DNA of 56,834 bases, taken from IMG/VR virus record IMGVR_UViG_3300029708_000018, positions 1-56,834 of that record, one strand, 5' to 3'. Origin of the DNA: a virus. The notes under the pieces were generated by a model. It was not told where the DNA came from. It searched no databases and was given only the letters and a program-made list of their open reading frames with translations. Each line of letters begins with the position of its first letter. Position 1 is the stretch's first letter. Positions 7,094 to 15,481 of the stretch are shown piece by piece. The translations under genes and the position numbers were made by a program.

Positions 7094-9043
7094 TCACACC
7101 GCCTCAATCACAAGTTCTTTGTCCTGTGTGTGCTTTAACATAATCAATTGGTTATCAATCTGTGGTATTCTCCAATCATCAACACTCTCTGTATCATCGA
7201 TGATAATTGGAAAATTAACGCTTGCCACTTTCTGAAAAGCTCGGCATATGTCAACTTCCGTTAACATCCTTGCACCATGATTGAGATTTCTCGCGTACGC
7301 TTCGCCATTGTAAACAAAGTCGCAGCACTCCTCGGTATCACCATTTAAGAGCGGTCTAAACAGCTTTGCTGTAGCAAAATCCAGATACTTATTAACATCA
7401 GCCTGTAAGAGCTCATTCTTCTTGCGAGTAAACTCTTTCAGCAAATCAATCTTTCTTTCCCAATCAGCAATCTGCTGATTAAGGTTGGCACGCTCATTTT
7501 CTTTATCTGCAATATCATTGTCGATACTCTGATTATTCTTGTTACCATCTTCAATTCTTGTATCTACAGCCGATATTTTTCTGATAAGTTCCGCTTTCTC
7601 CTGCTCAAGTTCTCTCTTGATGTCTGCAAAAGTATTTTCTTCGGACAAAGACTTTTCTTTTTCCTCGATTTCCTTAGTCAGCGCAACATATTCAGCGTTT
7701 GCGCTTATGTCCACTTCTGTAGGTACTTTGTCGTACTCCTGTTTGACAACTTCCTGCTTCTCTGTAATCTCTTTAAGCTCTGCTCTATAATCGGAAATAT
7801 CCTTTTCAGCAGTCTTTATGTCGCCCTCGAAGGTCTTGATATTACCACTCAAAAGATTTCCTTTGTCAGTAATTTTCTCAAGGTTAGCTTTCTTCTTAGC
7901 TTCAAAATCATTTCTTAGGGCTCCTATCTTATCCTCTGGCAACTTCTGACCGCACATAGGACAATCGGTGTCGGTTTCATCAAATACAAGCTGTTTTGCC
8001 TTATTCCATTCGACACGAGTATCATCAAGCTCCTTTTTCATCTGCACTACACTTCTTTCAAGTGTTTCTTTTGACTGTTCCTTTGAAGATATATCAGCTT
8101 CAAGCCTTGATTTCTGCTGCTCAAAATCATGTAACTGTGCCGTAAGTTCACTTCTCTTCCTTTCGTTTCCTGTATTAGCTTCACGTTTCATGTCGCTCTG
8201 CTTGAATTTAAGCTGTAAAATTCCGTCTGTAATTGCCTGCCGCTCCTCAAGGAATTTGTTGTTGTCAGCCAACTTGTCCTCAATTTCCTTAAGTTGTGGC
8301 TCATAGGATTTCTTCTGTATTTCAAGCTCTGCAAGGTCAACATAGCTTCTTGTAGAACGGATAGTGTCAATGGCTGTGGAAATATCGTCTCTCTCCTTAA
8401 TCAGTCCTTTACTGCCATTCCTGCCACCTGTGCCGTTTAACTTGCCACGGCATACTTTTTTGAGCTGGTCTGCGTCTCCATCATCAAACATCGGCTTAAG
8501 TTCGGCAAACTGTGGAAACATATCGCAGATTTCCTTATCAGTACGTGTTCCAAAATAGCTTGCAAGTGCTAATCTCTGCTCTGCCTGTGACTTGTTGAGT
8601 AATGTCATGGCATTTAAGCAAAATGGTAATACTCCAAGCTCTGCCATGTTGTCATTGATGTACTGATTGTAGTCAGCCATTTTATATGGCACGTCATTGA
8701 TTGAGTAATCAGTGACACTGCCTGTAATCTCACCCTTTTTGTTACGTTTCTGCCTTGTAACCTTTTTCAAAGTCTTTTCTTTTCCACCAATCTCAAAGGT
8801 AACAGCCCTCACAATGTCAACATCGTCAATCTCGACTCCGTTCTCGTCATGTGGTCTTATGCCTGTAATCTCTCTGTCGTTCTCATCGTGGCAATTCAGC
8901 ACATCAAGGATAATTCTCTTAACTGTCGATTTGCCGACTTCATTCTGACCGGACAACACAGTTTTCATCGAAAAGTCTGCGTCTAATGTGTTTTTGCCGT
9001 AGAATTTACAAAAATTCTGTGCAAAAATGTGTGTAATTTTCAT
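7094..9043 (-). CDS. Rad50/SbcC-like SMC-type ATPase.
   Basis: Walker A SGQNEVGKST, a long coiled coil with a CPMCGQ zinc-hook-like motif, and Walker B PIIIDDTES. Confidence 0.8.
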   Translation of the reverse strand: MKITHIFAQNFCKFYGKNTLDADFSMKTVLSGQNEVGKSTVKRIILDVLNCHDENDREITGIRPHDENGVEIDDVDIVRAVTFEIGGKEKTLKKVTRQKRNKKGEITGSVTDYSINDVPYKMADYNQYINDNMAELGVLPFCLNAMTLLNKSQAEQRLALASYFGTRTDKEICDMFPQFAELKPMFDDGDADQLKKVCRGKLNGTGGRNGSKGLIKERDDISTAIDTIRSTRSYVDLAELEIQKKSYEPQLKEIEDKLADNNKFLEERQAITDGILQLKFKQSDMKREANTGNERKRSELTAQLHDFEQQKSRLEADISSKEQSKETLERSVVQMKKELDDTRVEWNKAKQLVFDETDTDCPMCGQKLPEDKIGALRNDFEAKKKANLEKITDKGNLLSGNIKTFEGDIKTAEKDISDYRAELKEITEKQEVVKQEYDKVPTEVDISANAEYVALTKEIEEKEKSLSEENTFADIKRELEQEKAELIRKISAVDTRIEDGNKNNQSIDNDIADKENERANLNQQIADWERKIDLLKEFTRKKNELLQADVNKYLDFATAKLFRPLLNGDTEECCDFVYNGEAYARNLNHGARMLTEVDICRAFQKVASVNFPIIIDDTESVDDWRIPQIDNQLIMLKHTQDKELVIEAV

Positions 9044-9064
9044 ATATGTGAACCTATCCTTTCC

Positions 9065-9265
9065 TTATTTATATATAGTTTCGATTTTTGGGTTTCCCTC
9101 TAAGCTATCTTTTCTCACAATTCTCATATAAGAATCGCTGTCGGATAAAAACAACCAATCATCAGCCCTGCGGTTATTTTTGGCAACCACTTTCTTCTGC
9201 TCTAGTGTCAATGGCTTAAGCTTGTACCGCCTGCCACCAACTTTAATTCTCCTAACATCACTCAT
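9065..9265 (-). CDS. Hypothetical basic protein (66 aa).
   Basis: ORF track. Confidence 0.45.
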   Translation of the reverse strand: MSDVRRIKVGGRRYKLKPLTLEQKKVVAKNNRRADDWLFLSDSDSYMRIVRKDSLEGNPKIETIYK

Positions 9266-9440
9266 TCAGCTTCTCCATTTCCTTGTCTAGTAAAGATTGA
9301 AAATCGAATTTACTATGCTCACACTTTTTATTGTGATATAATTCAAGTAAATATTCCTTTTCGCTCTGTCTCTTCCTACTGTTTAACTGATCTATTTTAT
9401 TTATCGTTTTTAAGGTCATAATTCCATTTTTGAAGATCAA
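9258..9440 (-). CDS. Hypothetical protein (60 aa).
   Basis: ORF track. The RBS is weak and the start is uncertain. Confidence 0.35.
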   Translation of the reverse strand: MIFKNGIMTLKTINKIDQLNSRKRQSEKEYLLELYHNKKCEHSKFDFQSLLDKEMEKLNE

Positions 9441-9642
9441 GTGTTTCTTTGTCCGGTGTTCCTTTGTTTATAAGATATAAAGCAAATAAAATCGCAAAAA
9501 GTATAGCAACACCTAGACTATGAACTATACAGGTCATTTTCCACCCTATAGACAAAACGCAACCTACGACATAAGCGATAAATAAAATAACTAAAATACT
9601 CGTACCGATTAAAGTACATATTTTCTGTTTTAATGTCCTCAT
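9397..9642 (-). CDS. Small membrane protein (81 aa, 2 predicted TM helices).
   Basis: Internal ATG after AAAGGAGAAAAA. Hydrophobic stretches ILVILFIAYVVGCVL and LGVAILFAILFALYL. Confidence 0.55.
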   Translation of the reverse strand: MRTLKQKICTLIGTSILVILFIAYVVGCVLSIGWKMTCIVHSLGVAILFAILFALYLINKGTPDKETLDLQKWNYDLKNDK

Positions 9643-9652
9643 TTTTTCTCCT

Positions 9653-10366
9653 TTAAGCAAAACTCTGTTGTGCGTTTGTGTCCTGAATAAGTTCATCAAG
9701 ATACTTAGGCACGACATAGCAATCAATGAACTCATGCACATCTGCTACATATTTTCTCTTGATACTTTTATAAGTAGATACGCAACCATACTCACGTTTT
9801 AACTGTGTCCATATATCGGAAAATGTCTTATGCCTGATACTGTTATCTCTGTATGCTTCGCTTTGCTTGCCACCAAGGATATTTACAACTCTGCGCTTAA
9901 CGTGCTGTTGTATCTCATCAATATCGCAACTGTAAAGTGGTACATTTTCCTTAAGCTCGCTCACATCATCTTTAATGTCGTTTACTTTCTGCTCCAGTTC
10001 TGTGTAGCCCTGTGCCAACAACTGTATCTGACCGCCTGTTGTCTTTGGCATACTATAACTGCCTGTTTTTCTGATAGATGGAAGAACTTCTGATGTAACC
10101 CACTTACGGAATTTCTTAGCGTTGGGTTTATCACTTCTTAAGATAACTGCATACAGGCCGCTTTCTGTTATGAAATTTGTCTCTCCCTGACGCCCTAAGT
10201 CTAACTTAGTGCGTTCATCATCATCCAATCTCTGCGCAACCATTGTTGGATTACTCATTTCCAATGCCTTGCAAATATCAATTAAGCAAAACATAGGTTC
10301 ATCATTTATTACTGCTGTTCGGATTTCTCCAAACTCTTCCGAATTAAAAATCTGCAATTCGTTCAT
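9653..10366 (-). CDS. Antirepressor-type protein with a Bro-N domain.
   Basis: LQIFNSEEFGEIRTAVINDEPMFCLIDICKAL...ESGLYAVILRSDKPNAKKFRKWVTSEVLPSIRKTG is a typical Bro-N sequence. Confidence 0.8.
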   Translation of the reverse strand: MNELQIFNSEEFGEIRTAVINDEPMFCLIDICKALEMSNPTMVAQRLDDDERTKLDLGRQGETNFITESGLYAVILRSDKPNAKKFRKWVTSEVLPSIRKTGSYSMPKTTGGQIQLLAQGYTELEQKVNDIKDDVSELKENVPLYSCDIDEIQQHVKRRVVNILGGKQSEAYRDNSIRHKTFSDIWTQLKREYGCVSTYKSIKRKYVADVHEFIDCYVVPKYLDELIQDTNAQQSFA

Positions 10367-10403
10367 GTTTACTCCTTTCTATGTTATTTCTTCCTACTGG
10401 CTA

Positions 10404-10583
10404 TTAATTCTTAATCGCTAGTAAAGCAATGGTGAGAGAGTCGAGGATTTTACATTCGCTTTGTATTTTCTCGATTTTTTCACTATTTGCCACATCATCA
10501 GCGATACTTAAAGCTAACTGCTCTATACAATCTTGTAATGTTTTGAACTCGCCATCATTATTAATGGCATATGGTTTTCTCAT
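10404..10583 (-). CDS. Small protein (59 aa, MRKPYAINNDGEFKTLQDCIEQ...). Not in the ORF track.
   Basis: AAGGAGTAGGA lies directly upstream of the ATG at 10583. Same strand as the flanking operon. The listed plus-strand ORF 10429..10614 is its antisense shadow. Confidence 0.55.
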   Translation of the reverse strand: MRKPYAINNDGEFKTLQDCIEQLALSIADDVANSEKIEKIQSECKILDSLTIALLAIKN

Positions 10584-10606
10584 TCCTACTCCTTTCTTAA
10601 AAACTG

Positions 10607-10615
10607 TGTTATAAT
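10607..10615 (+). promoter_or_regulatory. Extended -10 promoter element (TGtTATAAT) for the plus-strand ORF 10647..10820.
   Basis: Read directly, about 30 nt upstream of the AAGGAGGTG RBS. Confidence 0.4.
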
Positions 10616-10646
10616 CTCCCTATCTTTTAATAAGGAGGTGAAACAA

Positions 10647-10820
10647 ATGTCTCATGATGAAATTCATGATTTAGCAATCGTATATGCAAATTCAAAGTTA
10701 GCTGAATACCAAATAGACAGCCGTAGTGCCGTAATGTGTGGCAATACTGAAATGTCTGTTGATGAAATTCAGTATCTTAAATCTGCGTATCAGTTTGCAC
10801 TAAATCATCTGACTGAATAG
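10647..10820 (+). CDS. Small protein (57 aa, starts MSHDEIHDL).
   Basis: Consensus RBS AAGGAGGTG lies 6 nt upstream of the ATG. Confidence 0.6.
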   Translation: MSHDEIHDLAIVYANSKLAEYQIDSRSAVMCGNTEMSVDEIQYLKSAYQFALNHLTE

Positions 10821-10983
10821 GTGTATATCTTTCACCTTTCAGTGCATGAGAAACAGCATTGCAAATATTAAGGTGATGTTTCTCATCATTGTTTATGGAC
10901 TTCTCAATCTTTTTTAAAGTACCGTCAATGCTTTTTAAAGTTTTGAGAAGTTCTTTTTCGTATTGGGATTGCATTTTTTTCAT
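10777..10983 (-). CDS. Hypothetical protein (68 aa).
   Basis: AAAGGAG RBS. Its 3' end overlaps 10647..10820 convergently by 44 nt. Confidence 0.5.
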   Translation of the reverse strand: MKKMQSQYEKELLKTLKSIDGTLKKIEKSINNDEKHHLNICNAVSHALKGERYTPIQSDDLVQTDTQI

Positions 10984-11009
10984 CTCCTTTCTTAAGTCTG
11001 TAGTTCAAT

Positions 11010-11213
11010 CTAATTGGATTTATCGGGTACAAAAATAAAATCCATAGGTACGCCGGATAAACGGCTCATTTCTCTTAATTGAGATAAACTAGGTTCTGTA
11101 TTTCCTTTTTCCCAGTTAACAACTGTAGAGTTGGAAACCCCAAGCAATTTAGCCCATTCTTTCTGTGTCATTTTTGCATTTACTCTTACCGCTTCTAATG
11201 AAATCTTAGGCAT
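11010..11213 (-). CDS. Cro-like XRE-family HTH regulator (67 aa).
   Basis: MTQKEWAKLLGVSNSTVVNWEKGNTEPSLSQL is an HTH_3 signature. Divergent from the CI-like gene. Confidence 0.8.
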   Translation of the reverse strand: MPKISLEAVRVNAKMTQKEWAKLLGVSNSTVVNWEKGNTEPSLSQLREMSRLSGVPMDFIFVPDKSN

Positions 11214-11249
11214 TTAATCAACTCCTTTCGTATTTGATAACTATACTAT

Positions 11250-11310
11250 AATTCAATCAAATTGAATTGTCAACACCAAAATTCAAAATAATTGAATTTA
11301 ATATTGAATT
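11250..11310. promoter_or_regulatory. Operator set of the lysis/lysogeny switch: two AATTCAA-N5-TTGAATT palindromes plus one half-site.
   Basis: Palindromes at 11250-11268 and 11280-11298, half-site at 11304-11310. TATAAT at 11317-11322. Confidence 0.65.
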
Positions 11311-11357
11311 TTTTATTATAATGGTGTAGAATACATTTTAGAAAGGAGGTAAAAGGC

Positions 11358-11726
11358 ATGACAGATGAACAGCAGAAGAAGGTGTTTGCAGAAAACTTAA
11401 ATTACTATATGGAATTAAACCATAAGCAACAAATTGACGTTGCTAAAGATTTAGGAATAAATGCAACAACATTAAATATGTGGTGTAAGGGCAATTCAAT
11501 GCCGGGAACTGGTAAATTAAGGAAGTTAGCTGATTATTTTCATGTAGGAATGACTAATCTGACAGATATAAGAAATACTGACGATGAAGACATTAGATAT
11601 TCTAATGCAATAGCAAATATCAGTATGAATGATGAACGTTTTCGCAACATAATTGTTACTTACAATGAAATGCCTGCTGACAAAAAAGAAACATTTTGTG
11701 AATTTTTCGAAAAGTTTATACAGTAA
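11358..11726 (+). CDS. CI-like XRE-family repressor (122 aa) with no recognisable S24 peptidase domain.
   Basis: HKQQIDVAKDLGINATTLNMWCKGNSMP is the HTH. AAAGGAGG RBS. Divergent from the Cro-like gene. Confidence 0.75.
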   Translation: MTDEQQKKVFAENLNYYMELNHKQQIDVAKDLGINATTLNMWCKGNSMPGTGKLRKLADYFHVGMTNLTDIRNTDDEDIRYSNAIANISMNDERFRNIIVTYNEMPADKKETFCEFFEKFIQ

Positions 11727-11730
11727 CAAA

Positions 11731-11762
11731 AGAGCAGGGTTATCTCCCTGCTCTTTCTTCTT
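11731..11762. terminator. Bidirectional intrinsic terminator.
   Basis: Stem AGAGCAGGG/CCCTGCTCT with a 6-nt loop, followed by a T-rich tail on the plus strand. Confidence 0.7.
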
Positions 11763-11856
11763 TATAGAAACTTTTAACAAAATTATAAAGTATCTTTATT
11801 ATCTTGTCATTTTCTATTTCTTTTATCATTTGTACCATCTCTTTTTTGCGATCCAT
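11740..11856 (-). CDS. Micro-ORF (38 aa, MDRKKEMVQMIKEIENDKIIKILYNFVKSFYKEERAGR) under an SOS-box promoter.
   Basis: GGAGGG RBS lies 7 nt upstream of the ATG. A consensus promoter is about 30 nt upstream. The stop sits in the terminator loop. Confidence 0.5.
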   Translation of the reverse strand: MDRKKEMVQMIKEIENDKIIKILYNFVKSFYKEERAGR

Positions 11857-11882
11857 ATGTAATCCCTCCAATTTCTAACCCC

Positions 11883-11912
11883 ATTATAGAACATTTGTTC
11901 TCCATATGTCAA
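11883..11912 (-). promoter_or_regulatory. Consensus sigma-A promoter (TTGACA-18-TATAAT) carrying a LexA/Cheo-type box AGAACAAATGTTCT.
   Basis: Read on the minus strand as TTGACAtatggAGAACAAATGTTCTATAAT. The box occupies 11888-11901 and matches GAAC-N4-GTTC. Confidence 0.6.
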
Positions 11913-12032
11913 ATTAAATATATAAGTTTGGGCGACAGACTGCCAATTAACTGCCGCCCACCGGAACTTAAAGAATTGTTCCTAAGAGACAAATCAAATA
12001 TACACTTATAAGTACAAATAATATGTCGGATA

Positions 12033-12061
12033 TTGACGATAAGCAAGGCAAAGTTTAAAAT
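12033..12061 (+). promoter_or_regulatory. Promoter (TTGACG-17-TAAAAT) for 12097..12930.
   Basis: Read directly. Confidence 0.45.
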
Positions 12062-12096
12062 AGTAGAAAAGAACTAAACTAAGGGAGGATTATTGT

Positions 12097-12930
12097 ATGG
12101 ATAATGTAGAACTGAACGACACAAAACCTAAAAACAGGAGAGAAATATCAATACTTAGTATTGTCAGCGTTATATTTCTTGTTCCGGCTGTCTTGATATT
12201 TATTCTCGATTTCGCCGCAGGGGAAAACATACCATTGTGGATAGTAATTATTCTTGCGGTTATATCTGCGGCTATCGGAATTGTAGACGTAGAAATCGGA
12301 CATTGTAAAGCTGACCGGCGATTACACTTTTTGTCTGTTTTGTCTATTGTGCTTGCAACCATAAGTATTTCGGTTGCGATCACGTTCACGGCGGCAAGCT
12401 ATTATATTAATCAGATAGGTAGTTTATTTACAACATCAATAAGTGAAGAAAGTAATGTTGATACTGAAAAAGACAGTGAGACAGAGACAGAACAAGAAGA
12501 AAAGCAAGAAAAGAAAAAGACAACCTCGACAGCTAAAAAAGATACAAGTCCAAAAACAATTACTGCTAAAGTTGGCGGCGGCGTAACATATGGAAAAGCC
12601 AAAATTTCATTTACAAATTGCTACGAATATACGGATTATGATGAATGGACAGCACCAAAAGCCGGATATAAAGTTGTTGTATTTGAGTTCGAAGTTGAAA
12701 ATGGGAATAGTAGTAATTTTGATTTTGGTTCTTACGGATTCGAGGGATATGCTGATAATGTAAAGGTTGACCCTTATTATTACATGGATTCGGTCATTGA
12801 ATTGAACTTAGCACCGGGAAGAACTGGTACTGGTACTATTGCTTTCGAGGTACCGGAAGATGCACAGAGCATACAGGCAGATTATGATTTTGGTGGAAAT
12901 AATATAGCTGTTTTCGTATATGGGGAATAA
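12097..12930 (+). CDS. Membrane-anchored protein with a DUF4352-like Ig-fold C-terminal domain. Prophage-expressed moron candidate.
   Basis: Two or three N-terminal TM helices, an acidic linker, then GYKVVVFEFEVENGNSS...LAPGRTGTGTIAFEVPED. GGGAGG RBS. Confidence 0.7.
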   Translation: MDNVELNDTKPKNRREISILSIVSVIFLVPAVLIFILDFAAGENIPLWIVIILAVISAAIGIVDVEIGHCKADRRLHFLSVLSIVLATISISVAITFTAASYYINQIGSLFTTSISEESNVDTEKDSETETEQEEKQEKKKTTSTAKKDTSPKTITAKVGGGVTYGKAKISFTNCYEYTDYDEWTAPKAGYKVVVFEFEVENGNSSNFDFGSYGFEGYADNVKVDPYYYMDSVIELNLAPGRTGTGTIAFEVPEDAQSIQADYDFGGNNIAVFVYGE

Positions 12931-12932
12931 TT

Positions 12933-12960
12933 AAGAGAGGGTGCTTTCCCTCTCTTTTTA
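12933..12960 (+). terminator. Intrinsic terminator.
   Basis: Stem AAGAGAGGG/CCCTCTCTT followed by TTTA. Confidence 0.7.
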
Positions 12961-13030
12961 TGTGCTTATTCCCCATTATTTAATTTCTTTGCGTGCGCAA
13001 ACAAAATGTAAAACACAATTTAGAAAATGT

Positions 13031-13062
13031 CAAGAGGAATTTTAAAAATATTTTTCCTCTTG
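13031..13062. other. 9-bp stem hairpin (CAAGAGGAA/TTCCTCTTG). Possibly a distal terminator of the tail operon.
   Basis: Read directly. The T tract is poor. Confidence 0.3.
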
Positions 13063-13336
13063 ACTGTGTAGGATTTAATAAACCAAAGTTTAGAATCACA
13101 TATTGATTGCGGAAACTGTTATCAATCCAATGATGTATTGTTTAGCTGCAAAGACTGGGATGATGGGTTATATATTATTTACAATATTCGTGGAGCTGGA
13201 AACGTATGTGAATTTCTCTACAAGAATGGCTCTTTGGTTACAATGACTAATATTGCACCTCAAACCCACACAATAGATGGATATAATATCACATTCCAGA
13301 CAGGCACATGGTATGCAATTATGCAAGCACATAAGA

Positions 13337-15463
13337 TTATTTGATTTTAGTTATCCACAACTGTAAATAGGATAAATTTTTTTTATCTGAAGTTTGGTTG
13401 ATTTCAAACGACACATATGTATTATTGGTTGCCTTATTAACATTTAATGTCGCACCCAGAGCTTCGTTTATTTGATCAAATTTTATTTGTGTGCCATCAT
13501 ACGAAATCCGAAGTGTAAATAGTATAGGTCGTACACCATTGATATTGTTACTGCTGAGATTATAGATAATGCCAAAATAACTTGTAGCTTTATCATAATA
13601 AAAATTAAGGTATGTCTTTGAATTACTATAATATTTTTGGGCTGTGATATCTAATACACCATCTAATCTTTGGTTTACTTCATCTAGCCCATTCTTTAAT
13701 ATTCTTCCTTGATTCGCTGACAGGGCACTTGTGGTGGAAGTACTTGTAAGATTATCTGCGACTGTAACGTGCGTGTCTGTGAACTTTGCTCCGCTTGGGA
13801 CATCTTCATTGACAGTATGTCCATTAACAGTTGCGGAATTTCCACCATTAGCCGGAAGTGAAGTAGGTTTATTTGATAAATCGTTGTATGAGCCACTGAA
13901 AGCAACAGTTTTTAAGTCACTTAAAAATTTGACGATTTTTCCAACTATGCTCGACAGTTTTTCCCCGGTTGTCGGTTTCGTTCGTGAAGTTGATTCAGTA
14001 AATCTTACTGCAGTGTTCGAGGATTCGCCATTTGTTGAAAGTGCGCCTATATCAGTTGGAGTGATGTTAACGTTGCCGGTTCTGTAGGTAGATTCTGCAT
14101 TTCCTTTTACTCCTGCGACCGGAGTTCCGGCAAGTATATCCCAGTAACCATCCGCTGTTTTGTATACGTTTGCACCCTCGGCAATAATGTTTCCTGCACC
14201 CTCTTTGAAACTTGATGTTGTTGTGAATGATGTTGACACATTGTACATATCTCCGGCAGACGCACTTGATAATGCCGGTAAGTTAGCAAATGTAACTGTT
14301 CCCATTGGCTTAAGACTGCCTTTTAGTGACTCTGATACAGCCTTAGCCTGTTCTGCATAGTATTTTGCTGAATTACTTTCTCCCACTGCATAATTGTATG
14401 CTAAAGTAGCACTCGAAGCGGCATTACTTTCGCTCGTACTCGCCAGTTTTTGGCTTGCGGCGGCAGCACTTGCGGAATTACTGGCAGATGTTGCTTTATT
14501 GCTTGCCGTGATCGCACTTGCCGAAGCAGCGCTCGCTTTGTCCGTAGCTGTTTTGGCACTTGTGGTGGCATTAGTTTCACTTGCCTTTGCCTTTGTGGCA
14601 GATACCGAAGCGGCTGACGCTTTATTCGTTGCCTGTTGACTATAATATTTTGCGTTGTCTGTATCTTCATTGGTTCTTGTACCAGTGCCACCTACTGCAT
14701 AGCTTTGAGCCTTTGTGGCAGATGTCGAAGCGGCGTCCTCACTTGCTTTTGCATTTACGGCACTTGTACTTGCAGATTCTTGGCTTGCGGCGGCGGCGGT
14801 CATTGAATCGTTTGCTGATTCTGCGCTTTGTGTTGCGCTGTCACTTGCATTTGTAGCGTTTATCTCGCTTGTCTTTGCGTTTTTTTCAGATGTGGCGGCG
14901 GCAGTTTTACTTGTTGTTGCACTTTTAGCAGCTTCACTTGCTGTCTTGGCATTGGTAGCAGTTTTTTCAACTTCTACTTTTATGTTTGACAAGTAATTTT
15001 GCTCGAGGTATTTTTCTGTGATACTGCCCTCTTTAATTTTTGCAGTTACTTTTCCGTCACTGTCGATAGAAAAAGCTATCGTGTCACTGTCAATAAACTC
15101 GTATTGAGTAATTAAAGCTGATAAGTCAATATACTGTTTTGCTCCGTCTATTAATGTAAGGATTATCTGTTGCGTAATCCTGTCATAACTAAAGTTGACC
15201 GCTATTTTTTCCATTTGCGTGTCAATGGTAATTTTTGAGCCATTCTTTTTTGTAACTGCGATTATTCCGGTTGATTCTTCAAAACTTACATCTGCTACGA
15301 GTGTCGAGACTTCTGTTTTTGTTGCTTTGCTTGAATCAAGTGATACTACTCGATTATCAATGTTATCAATTGCAACGTCCATTTTGTTTAAATTTTCAGC
15401 GTTTAAGGCTGTGTTATCGCTTGGGTAGTTCTCCCAGTTAATATTTTCATGTGCTTTATTCAT
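13337..15463 (-). CDS. Tail fibre / receptor-binding protein.
   Basis: 708 aa. Last gene of the tail operon. Long Ala/Ser/Thr-rich coiled repeats (..SA..A..SA..) followed by a globular C-terminus. Confidence 0.75.
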   Translation of the reverse strand: MNKAHENINWENYPSDNTALNAENLNKMDVAIDNIDNRVVSLDSSKATKTEVSTLVADVSFEESTGIIAVTKKNGSKITIDTQMEKIAVNFSYDRITQQIILTLIDGAKQYIDLSALITQYEFIDSDTIAFSIDSDGKVTAKIKEGSITEKYLEQNYLSNIKVEVEKTATNAKTASEAAKSATTSKTAAATSEKNAKTSEINATNASDSATQSAESANDSMTAAAASQESASTSAVNAKASEDAASTSATKAQSYAVGGTGTRTNEDTDNAKYYSQQATNKASAASVSATKAKASETNATTSAKTATDKASAASASAITASNKATSASNSASAAAASQKLASTSESNAASSATLAYNYAVGESNSAKYYAEQAKAVSESLKGSLKPMGTVTFANLPALSSASAGDMYNVSTSFTTTSSFKEGAGNIIAEGANVYKTADGYWDILAGTPVAGVKGNAESTYRTGNVNITPTDIGALSTNGESSNTAVRFTESTSRTKPTTGEKLSSIVGKIVKFLSDLKTVAFSGSYNDLSNKPTSLPANGGNSATVNGHTVNEDVPSGAKFTDTHVTVADNLTSTSTTSALSANQGRILKNGLDEVNQRLDGVLDITAQKYYSNSKTYLNFYYDKATSYFGIIYNLSSNNINGVRPILFTLRISYDGTQIKFDQINEALGATLNVNKATNNTYVSFEINQTSDKKNLSYLQLWITKIK

Positions 15464-15481
15464 TCGGTATTCTCCTATCTA

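Noticed and set aside
10429-10614. Listed plus-strand ORF of 61 aa.
   Set aside because: The opposite strand carries a 59-aa ORF with a strong AAGGAG RBS, co-oriented with the operon. The plus-strand ORF has no RBS and would run through the promoter of 10647..10820.
11526-11862. Listed ORFs 11526..11780 (minus) and 11653..11862 (plus).
   Set aside because: Both cross the bidirectional terminator hairpin at 11731-11762 and overlap the repressor gene. The SOS-promoter-driven 38-aa ORF explains the region better.
13138-13344. Plus-strand ORF of 68 aa downstream of the tail fibre gene. Possible moron or fibre chaperone.
   Set aside because: Only a TTG start is available, and it has no RBS. The frame is open upstream without any start (…ESHIDCGNCYQSNDV…), so it looks like a truncated remnant. 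I left it unannotated. It may be a pseudogene.
14394-14996. Plus-strand Ala/Leu-rich ORFs and alternative minus-strand frames inside the tail fibre gene (14394..14639, 14581..14856, 14715..14996, 14401..14691).
   Set aside because: They are low-complexity shadows of the Ala/Ser-rich fibre repeats. They are fully nested in a 708-aa structural gene and have no translation signals.
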